DNA of 64,000 nucleotides from NCBI GenBank assembly GCA_973895155.1, contig OZ316898.1, positions 4,572,979 to 4,636,978 on the forward strand, in the 5' to 3' direction. The notes under the pieces were generated by a model, which had not been told where the DNA came from, did not search any database, and worked only from the letters and a program-made list of their open reading frames with translations. How positions within the stretch are numbered: position 1 is the stretch's first letter; each line of letters opens with the position of its first letter. Origin of the DNA: Marsupella aquatica (taxonomy: Eukaryota; Plantae; Marchantiophyta). A program made the translations under genes and the position numbers. This document shows, piece by piece, positions 26,387 to 35,810 of this stretch.

Positions 26387-28569
26387 ATTAAAACTCTCAA
26401 GAAATTTAAGGGATAACTACCTCAATATCCATATCTGCCCTCCATAAAGGGGTGGACAACAAAACGGTATATTGCTGCACATGTTTGAATTTGTTTTTTT
26501 TCTCGACTGCCATAAATATTTGCCTCATGTGATTGAAGTCTGAGCTGTGCAAGACAACAACATATCCGTCGTCTGAAAGCATTGGTCTCATCACTCCAAA
26601 AAAATAATATGGGAGTTTCTCGCTCCAAACATTCCAAGACGGAACCTATTTGTCTGTAACGCTTGTTCTATGCCCAGTTGGAAGAGAAATGAATCCCAAA
26701 TGTGCTCCAATCCCAGCATAAGGCTTTCCATTAATTACGACATGGTTCGGGCACTCTACGCTCTTCGACATCCCAGTAATCCATCGATCTCCGTCTCCCA
26801 TCCAAGATGGCCTCACTTTACTTACGCTAATTGAGTTTGCAGTATCGGTCAAATTGCTACGAGCCAGGAAATGTCGCTGTCCATCCATCTTCAAACCACA
26901 CATCCGAGCAACACCTTGAGCAACTGAAACTTCCTCATCGTCCGAATCTGAAAGAATCTGGATGTTCCGCTTCCGTTTCAAACGTTTTATACTTCCTAAA
27001 TCCACTGCGCTCTTTGTTGTGACTTCGGCATCTGGGGACTGAGGTTCCTCACCATCATCTGCTCCACTATTCAAACTCTCAGAAGCCGCTACCTTCCTCC
27101 TCTCTGTGAAGCAAAAGACATTAGTGTCTGTATATTCGACACACATCCGGACTTAAAAATAAAAAGTAACATACAATTAACAGACTTACTTGGCTTTCCG
27201 GAAATCTGGGACCCATCTTTGGATGTGTTCTTCAATGCTCCTTTTCTTGGCTTCCGTGCTCGACTCCTATCCACTATGGCAGCTACACCAAGACAAGATT
27301 TTTCCATCGCCTCGCAACCACCAACTTCAGCATCAGTGGGTGCCAATTTGGACTCGGAGATGTAAGATTCCGGAAGGAATCCTCGATTGATCATGTGAAG
27401 AGCTACTTTCTCTACAGTGTCAAATGTCACAGACCATTTGTCCGAGTCCAAATACCATGGACAATGAAGAACCTCCCACTCGCTCAATCTCCTCAGAGCT
27501 TCACTTCCCTCGCAAGGAAACATACAATATTCCCCAAACTTATCACTTGTAGGGTCATCTTTAACCCCGGCTATCCAAGGGGAGAAACAGGCTGGGTAGG
27601 ACCAGCAGTAAAAATTGTCTGCTACTTCTCTGTCTACAAAAAATCGATACGTGTATCTCTTCGCTCTCCTCCGAAACAATGTAATGTCTACCTTCTCTCC
27701 TGTCTTGGGTGGCCAAATCTGCTTGAAGAAACGAGTTTTCACACGAGTTTGGAAATCCTCAAAATCCTCCTCAATGTCAAGGATTAGCAAAGCTTTCGTC
27801 TTCTCTGAAGACGTAAGGATCCTCGACTCAGGGACAGTAGGCATTACCTCAAAAACAATTTCAGACATGAGGGAAGACGAAATTGACTCGACTTGCTCCC
27901 ACACTGCCCAACGATGAAGCCAAAGCTTAGTCTCACCATCTGAGAATTGACCTGGATGAAATAATGTTTTCCGAAGCTCAGGACAACACTGTGCCTCCAG
28001 GAGTGTACATCGGAGCTCTGGGGATAAAGAGGTCACACCAGTGAACAATCAAGCTCGATCAAGACCACAAGAAACATTTCCCCTGCCTTTGTCATCTGTT
28101 CTCTGGGCCTCCTTTCTCTCGTTCTCGCAGTAGTTATGCATTTTGACACATTTCTTGAAAAAGTCTCCAAACTCAGGATTTAGTAATGGACCGATCTTTG
28201 GAACTTTCACATTCCAATCAGCAAGTTGTTCTTTCATCATGTCACGCATTGCTAAGTCTTGTGCAACCTTGGAAAGGGGCTCGCCTTGAGCCTCCTTAAG
28301 AGAAAATTTCTTCTTAAGGTCCTCGGTCTGTGATGCAATGTTAGCAACGGATAGAATATAAGTGCAGGCATCCAACGTCATGTTCTTCGAATACCATGCC
28401 GCCTTTCGCACATTGGCCATCTTCTGCTGGAAAATTTTGTAATTCTCAGCGTCAATGATATCTTTGTAAACGGATAAGTCATTGTTCAGAATCTTCTAGA
28501 CGCGTTCAGCCTCCAAAACCCAGGAATTCTCTACATTACATTGAGTTAACCTGCCACAACATGCCTCAT

Positions 28570-28587
28570 GTTAGCGAGATCGCTAGC
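28570..28587. promoter_or_regulatory. 18-bp palindromic motif copy GTTAGCGA-GA-TCGCTAGC (intron)
   Basis: Matches consensus. Lies in intron 28551-28644. Confidence 0.7.
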
Positions 28588-29735
28588 TGAAAGTGACCTG
28601 GTAAAAATGAAATTTCAGAACTATCTTATCATGAGAAGTCCCACCTGTTCAATGCGTGCATAGCCGACTCGATCTGAACGAAAGAGTTCTTTTCACCCTT
28701 AAAGATCTTGCAGACCACTCGAGGATGGTACTTAATATCATCCGGATGTTCCTCCGCCAGTTGGCTCCACGAATACAATCGGTGGTTTCCATCAAAAACA
28801 CAGAACATTTTGTCCTTGAGGATCTGGAAAGAAACATGAGAATCACATTTGCGCTCAAACTCCTCATTTTGCAACACCCAAATATCATCCCAAGTTTCGC
28901 GGATGGCATCTGTACAGATCTGGATTTCTCCATCTTCGTTTGTCATCTGAACGTAAAATCGAGGCGCATCCTCGATGTAACCCTGCATTTTGAACTCGGA
29001 CTTCAATGTGTCTATCGCAGTGGAATCCTTCTGCAGAGATTGGACAATCTGCATATTTCTCATCCGGCACAGAGGAGTTCGGGGGGAGCCAATGCAAATC
29101 CGAACTCATTCACTCCAAACGAGTGAAGATGACGGTTTATGACAACCGTGTAAGGTTCCAAAGCGCTCGGATCAAACACAGGAGCAACTACATCTACCGC
29201 TGTCACCATCTTGGGCCGCCTTGGAGTCTTCAATCCCGCTGCAAGCACTTTCTTGTTCGCTGTGGACCTAGTTTCTCTCCTTGTCGACTCCCTCGACTAA
29301 AATGATCCTCTCGAAGAAATACTCTCTGGAGACAACGATGACTCCATGAAATAAAACCCTTCGGAGAAGAGTGCTTGAGCCCGCAGACTGCAGCAGCTGC
29401 ACGTGTCAAAAACGTCCACAGAGCACCTCCTTTCAGAGAATTAGGACAGCCGTACAAACTGCTATGAACTCCCTCCGAAGCCTTACTGAGTTACAATAGT
29501 GAATACTGACAATGATCGACAATACGATGTAAGGAATAACAGAAATCTCCTAGCAGGGACCACTAGTTGTAATTTTTGGAAAACACGAAGAACAACCTTC
29601 ACGACCGATAATCTTATCCAGACAAAATACTCCAGGTGTCCCATGTAATTTGTACCGTTGACATTATGGTACCCGTTGACTATTCCCAACGGAATCCTAA
29701 CGGTAAACTTCCTCAAAAATCAGTTTGACTTTTTG

Positions 29736-29847
29736 GCTAGCGAGATCGTTGGCATAAACTCAATGACACAGATATCCTTAAAAAGAGTTGAAATCAACGG
29801 TTTGCTTGTCATAAAAATATCAAAACCAAGCTAGCAAGATTGCTAGC
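29736..29847. promoter_or_regulatory. Two motif copies (29736-29753, 29830-29847) in the divergent promoter between the accessory gene and the transposase
   Basis: GCTAGCGA-GA-TCGTTGGC and GCTAGCAA-GA-TTGCTAGC. Confidence 0.65.
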
Positions 29848-29978
29848 ATGGGACACGTCCATATACGTTGAGTAAAAGACAAAATAATGGTAAAATCAAC
29901 GGGAACAGACTGAAAATCTGTTCGGATTGTTGTTTCCGTTGGGAAAAACCCAGTTTTGGTCCTGCAAATAGGATTCGT

Positions 29979-32900
29979 ATGGGCGATTCAAAACATAGTC
30001 GTTGTATTTTTGTATGCTCAGAAGAGATGATGTCGATGAATTCCAAGGTGGTTTTGGAGCGTAGAATGACGGGAGACGTGGTGGTACTCCCAAGTGCCCC
30101 TGACTCATCGGAGGTTAGGGTGACAGAGTCATTCCTTGCAACTCGTTTTGGAATTCCAAAAGATGACCTTGTCATGAAGTTGTTTGAGTTGTATTCTCAA
30201 AATGGGCCACGGAGTCACGAGTTGAGAGAGGACAGTAGCACTTCCGGGAAGGTCTGGACGCTGAAGGTTGGATCTTGTGTCGAGGTTCTGTCCAGTAAAG
30301 ATGGTTTTCCTGATGTCATTTTGGAACCCATGGAATTAGATCCCGTTCATCAAACTCTTGTGATTGATCTTGGGACGCCTCCCAAAGACAGAGCTCCCGA
30401 GGTCATTGAAATATCTCCAGAGAGTATAAGGCAAGACACATCTTGTGGTTCGATGAAGTCATGAGATGGTTCCGAACCCGAAGGGTTAGGGACAAATTTG
30501 ATTGAAAGGACTGGGGATAGCATGACCACAGTGTATCGGATGAGTGCCTATGATGCTTTTCTCAATATCAGTGGAGCGAGTGAACTTGCACAATTTAGAA
30601 GAGGGAATCAATGGAATGAATGTCAGGTTTCGACTCTGCCATCGACATACAATGGTAACGTTGTTTTTGAACTTCCTCCAGTCGAGGGGGGCGGGAGGGG
30701 AGGAGGTCTCTAAGATATGGATCGAGAGAAGGACGGCTATCCTTGGACGAGACTAGTGACTACATCTGTGAATTTGAAGCCAAGGTTTCATTGGGCTGTG
30801 TCAAAAGTTCGTTGCGCTGGAATTCTCGAATGCCATAATTTGGGTTGCCGGAAGTTGAAACATACTGGAGTGAAAAATGACTGCGCTTTCAGAGGGAAAG
30901 GGTTGCTGACTGACATCTTTCGTCTTGGAGAGAAAGTGAGTGAGGGCGGACTTGTCTGTGGCTTCTGTGAAGAGAGGCCTCTCTGTATTCGAGAATGCCC
31001 GGCAAAACTGTTGTATGTGTACCCTAAGCCAGGTTTGGAGAGTCACATTTCAATGCATATGTCTAGATTGGTTGTGCATATGGGATTCCACGATCACCCT
31101 GTTTGGAAGGGAAAATCTCGTTCTGCGAGAAAAACAACGGAAGATGTTGTTTTAGGGGTCCATCGGTTGAATCCAATCTCAACTCCCGCACGTCTGAGAA
31201 ACCAGTCAATTAGGAACCTTGTCTCGCTATTGCATCCAGAATCATTGGCTCAGTTGTCGAGAGAAGAACAACAAGAAATTTGGAGTTCGATCGGAGTAGT
31301 TTCTACCGCTCCAAAGTTCCAAGCTATTCTTTGGAGTGTGAAGATGGATAATCCTAGAAAAGGAGAACTTGACTTACTTCGTGAAATGCAATCACGTAAC
31401 AATTTCCCTTTCGTGCAGAGGTACCTGTTTCCCGGTCAAGGAAATAGAAATGATCGAGCGCATGTATTCAAAATGAGTACAAATGGTCCTGGATCGGGTG
31501 TGGAAATTTTGAGGAGCATGGAGGCTGGAGGAGCATTGGAAGGTTTGTGGGTCAGTTTTGACGTGATGCATTGTATCACGTCAAGATGGTTGACCTTCAG
31601 CGCACACGTGTATGACCATAATTACCGCGCTCTGTGTACAATTTTCTCTTGCGAGTTGAGAGCCGAAGACACAGAGTCGCTTGAAACTGCGTGGAGGTTA
31701 ATGGTAGATGTCGCATCCAAGAATGGAGTGCATAATCCCATTATTGGAGGATTCATAGCAGACAATGCGGAGGCTGGCTGGATTTCTGTGAGAAGGGTAT
31801 TTTTGGGGGGTGTCAAAAATCCTCTGAAAGAGCATAGTGATGCTTTCCATCTCTCTCAATCCCTCAGAAGACACACTTTGGAGGGGATCAAGGAGGGGTG
31901 TCATGCGGAGCACTATAAGATGTGGGAGAAGTTAAGAATTTCTCCAACATATGTCAAAGCATATCGTATCGCCGAAGACATTCAAAAATGGTGGAAAGAG
32001 GGGAATTGTCACCCTTCCAAGCTTAAATCACTACAAGGGTGGATTTCATGGTGGGTTGTGCGGTGGAGACAATGGGGTAACTTTATTCGTGTGGTTAGTA
32101 ACGGTGAATTCTTTCTGATGAGTTTAAGCTAGCGAGATCGCTAGCAATAAAACTTCTTTTCGTAAATGTATTTTGGTCCCCGACTGAAACATTAGACTGT
32201 CTCAAAATAGACATATCGCTAGTGAATACAAGTGTTAACTCTGCTCATTTTTCAGACGCAAACTGCGAAGGAGTCTGCTCTGATGCCAAACTGTGCGGGA
32301 GCTGAATCTGCTCACGCATCAATGCGTTCCTGCCAGCCGAAGAAGAAAATTGGTTTGATTGAAGCCTATGAAGTTGACCAGAATCGAGCAGCTGGACAGA
32401 TTGCAGCGTTCACTACATACTTGGAAGGGTGTCACCGTGGGAATGGTCCTACAATATTTGAGCTGGCCTTCAGAAATGCAGATACAATGGGGTCTATGGA
32501 TGCCTATGAGAAGGCATCCAATCTACTATTTGAATCATCTAGAAAATATGAGTTCTATAGAACTGTGCCTTTACATGGAGATCTTAGAACAAAGTCAGGG
32601 AAACGGAAGGGTAATGCTTCTGCTTCTATTCATGAAAACGATTCTCATAGACATGATAAGATATTGCGCACAGTGGCGTCGCGGTCTAGTTTGAAAAGAA
32701 GAAATCTTTACACAGAATTTGGTAACTTCAGCGGTGCTTCTGATATTGGTGGACCTTCAAACTTTCCTGGCGATGAAGACAACCCCACTTGCCATGGACC
32801 TTCTCTTCCTCGTGAAGTTATAAATATATCAGATGATGGTGAAGAACTTAGCCGTGGAGATACAACACAGGACCCGAACTACGTTGGAGAAATACCACAG

Positions 32901-33839
32901 CCTCAAAATAATCGGGATGAAATTCGGGATGCACCCCGAAGGATCCCTTTTGTTGAAGAGGTTGATGTGACATATGGGACCTGACACTTGAGGCGGAGTG
33001 GAAAAGGGAGTGGACCTGTTTGCAATGGACGAGTGGACCAAAGTCTGTTTGGAAGAGATGAGTGCAGGAATCTCATCAAAGAAACTGCAATGAAGGCATT
33101 CTGGGCTGGAGTGGTTGGTGTTGCGATTCACGGATTGAGGTTGTCATCTCCACATCGTCAGCTTCTATACTTCTGTCCGAATAATAGGTGCCATAAAATA
33201 GGTTGCAGAAGGACTCTTGCCCAGCTTCCAGAACCACCTGAGGCATTGCAAGTCCAGCGTGGGACCAGGCTGACCCCAACAGAGATTGACTTTCTTCTTC
33301 GAGATGGGATTGAAATCAAAGGATTATCATACTCTGATCTAGCACCGATTGGGTCGTTCTCCTCTCCAAATCGTGTTGACCTCCGAATTGATGTGAACTC
33401 CTTCCCAGAAAGAGTTGACATTGGTATTCCAAACCATAGATTCAAGACCCGGAATGGGAAAGGCGTTCGTCAACGTTTCCAGAACACCCCGGAGCTTCTC
33501 AAATGCATTCGATCTGCGACTGACAAACATATGAGAGTCATTGGAAGTGAGAAGATATGCCTCGGAAACGGGTGGGGATGGCAATATCTTATCGTCACTC
33601 ACGAGACAGATTCTAAAATTGCACACAAGTACTGGGTGCAAGTGTGTTGCTTTCCTTCTTGCTCATGTGATGACTTCTACAAGAGACACACGAGAGGAAG
33701 ACCCTATATGTCTTGTAAACACCTCCTCTGGGTGTACTTAAACAAGTTCTCACTGAATCTAGACAGAGATGATCTTGTGAAGCAGCCAATTCCGACTGTT
33801 GCTGAAGTAAGGAGTTTGATTCCGTTGCAGTGTAGTTGA
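29979..33839 (+). pseudogene. MULE-type transposase (GCM/WRKY-like Zn domain, DDE core, SWIM finger), nonsense-disrupted; exons ~29979..32093 and 32256..33839
   Basis: Five ORF-track pieces share one frame, separated by stops at 30462, 30711 and 32982 and a phase-0 intron (32094-32255). Motifs: CAGILECHNLGC...CGFC...CPAK...GFHDHP; VSFD (D at 31560); FIAD (D at 31761); DAFH; GAES (E at 32304); SWIM CSCDDF...CKH (~33660-33723). Start codon uncertain. Confidence 0.85.
32128..32145. promoter_or_regulatory. Perfect consensus motif GCTAGCGA-GA-TCGCTAGC in the transposase intron
   Basis: Inside intron 32094-32255. A half-site ATCGCTAGT lies at ~32215. Confidence 0.75.
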
Positions 33840-34006
33840 CTTAATCTCTATTATCCATTGAGGTGAACGTTTCAATGTCCCTAATTTTGTCGCCTTTTTG
33901 GTTTTTAGAACAGAGGAAAGTCCTCCACCTCACTAATTATATTGTGTATGCAATGTTAGCGAGGGTCTAGTACTATTCTATACGTATCGGCAATAGTGTT
34001 TATTTT

Positions 34007-34546
34007 GCTAGCGAGGTCTCTGGCATTAAACCCGTAAAGTAAAGTTTTAGGTTTCCCGTAAACGGTTTCTTGTTGACCATGTTCTACATAACGTAGAGTT
34101 CAATAACTCATGTATTTTAATTGGTTTTTGGATATACATTCTAGAAAACAAACCATTTTAGTCACGCATAGTTTTACTAGCGATGTCGCTAGCAAAACTA
34201 GTACTGTAAGTCCAAACATTGCAATCGGCAATCTTCTAAAGAAGTTATTTCAAAATGAACAAAGATTTTCTCCCTTACAATTGTGTTGGACATTGAGTGT
34301 CGATATCACGTTTTTGGATCCCAGATCTACGAAATAGACACAGTCTACAAAATGTCTATGTCCCTACAACATGGACTACCGTTACTGTTTCCTATTCAAG
34401 GGCTCGCTGCCTTGTACGCATCGTAGTCAGAGTCGGAGACTGTATCATAGTCGAAGGAATCGAGGATGTTTTCCGTGCTCGCATGCCATCCACAACGGAA
34501 ATCACTCAAGTACCAGTAGGCAATATTTACTAGCGATCTTGCTAGC
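34007..34546. promoter_or_regulatory. Three motif copies (34007-34024, 34176-34193, 34529-34546) downstream of the transposase
   Basis: GCTAGCGA-GG-TCTCTGGC, ACTAGCGA-TG-TCGCTAGC and ACTAGCGA-TC-TTGCTAGC. A half-site lies at 33955. Confidence 0.65.
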
Positions 34547-34742
34547 AAGGTATGCACTCATGAAATTGAAAAAACTTCCGAAGCTTTATTCGAATATTGT
34601 CCAATATTTATCAAAACATCTGTAACTGACAAAATGTCCGTGTCCTACCGATCATTTCATTTTAAGGTCACGGACTTGGCAGAGATGAACTATAAAACTA
34701 CGGGGGTTTGCAACGCGGAGTGATTGTCATCTAGGGTACTAT

Positions 34743-35171
34743 TCATGGAGATGCTGCCTTGTAGGTGTCTGAATCTGTGTCCGAATCCGTATCATAATCG
34801 GACAAAGCTAGGATGTCGGATGTCCAGTAGTTGTGTATGTCGATGTCCCTCCAGTAAGACTCCTCCTCCTCTCTCTTCCGCTTCTCTGAAACTCCCTTAG
34901 AAATGGATACGTTTGTGCGAGAAGACATTGGTGCTCTGGAAACAACGCTTGAAGTTGTTTCCTTCGGCGGTGCAGGTCGCTGAGTTGAAGCAGAGGCAAC
35001 AGGCGGGACCCGACTGGATGATGATCCAGCCTTGAGCGGAGGGGGTACACTCTTCCTTGCCGGAGGAGAGCTTGGTGGCGAGTCCACTGGGCCGTCAGTT
35101 TCGGCGTTGTAGCGGCGGACCTCCAGAACCCATTTGGGTTTTGGAGCGGAAGAGTCATCATTTTTTTCCAT
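34743..35171 (-). CDS. Third MULE ORF: 142-aa Pro/Ser-rich protein with KRKR NLS-like motif and acidic C-terminus
   Basis: ATG-started ORF preceded by an acceptor-like TTTGTTACAG. A possible upstream exon 35245-35265 (MSLDVLK) joins in frame through a TAA. No known domain recognised. Confidence 0.5.
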   Translation of the reverse strand: MEKNDDSSAPKPKWVLEVRRYNAETDGPVDSPPSSPPARKSVPPPLKAGSSSSRVPPVASASTQRPAPPKETTSSVVSRAPMSSRTNVSISKGVSEKRKREEEESYWRDIDIHNYWTSDILALSDYDTDSDTDSDTYKAASP

Positions 35172-35792
35172 TTATGTCTGTAACAAACACTGCTGTGTAT
35201 CAGATTACTTTCTCAACATGTGTTTACCAAATAGAAACAGTCACCTTCAAAACATCCAAGCTCATCGAGTCAAAACGCGAAAAACTACGAGAAGGAAAAA
35301 GAGAACTGGGAAAACCAGACTTTCTCATCAACAATAATGCTATTTGCTGTGAAGAGGTCTCCCGGTATCAAACTTACATCTCCTTGTGCGACAAAAACTT
35401 TGCAAGAATGCGACACACCCGAAAACACAAGATCCCCTCCTCGCCCGCGGATATGACAACACAAGCTCAATTGAAGTTACTCTGCGATGCGAAGACGATC
35501 ACGAAAGAGTGAGGAGACGATGAAAGTCAAATAATGAGAACACTGTTAGGAATGGAGATGAGTCGAGAGGTCCGAATGACATATAGTGCATTTTCGGAGC
35601 CTCGGATCCTCTGAAACGGTTTCGCGTTTCACGCTTCACTCATGAGGAAGGGGACATTGGATTCTGTCGTGATATGATCCGGTGTAGTGCTGTTGCTGCA
35701 ACGGTTTACACCCATGATTTCTAATGAGTGATTTTTCGTGTGGGTCATGACCGCACGGAGTATTTCGTGCGAGAATGATGGGCAGAGTTATG

Positions 35793-35810
35793 GCTAGCGA
35801 CTTCGCTGGC
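35793..35810. promoter_or_regulatory. Subterminal motif copy GCTAGCGA-CT-TCGCTGGC
   Basis: Matches consensus. Half-sites at 35963 and 35983, and at 24956 and 24973 at the left end. Confidence 0.65.

Larger units (their letters stand above)
25285..29347 (-). pseudogene. MULE accessory gene: ParB/Srx-like domain fused to a divergent N6A/N4C DNA-methyltransferase-like domain with an acidic tail (disrupted in this copy)
   Basis: ORF pieces join into one frame via GT..AG introns 28551-28644, 27104-27189, 26352-26420, 26234-26329 and probably 25631-25731. Motifs: MFCVFDGNHRL (DGNHRL at 28776-28793); HLGFISLPTG...RPMLSDDGYVVVL; KRLSIGFMQAVMEFLTKPKDIILDWTVCDGSLFSVGEFSGRFVVGVE. In-frame stops at 29297, 28496, 28049 and 26646, and a frameshift at ~29080. 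Confidence 0.7.

Noticed and set aside
25285-33839. In-frame stops as programmed readthrough or U-to-C RNA editing sites
   Set aside because: Stops are of all three types, a frameshift is also present, and the neighbouring copia shows the same decay. U-to-C editing is known from organelles. Ordinary pseudogenisation is simpler.
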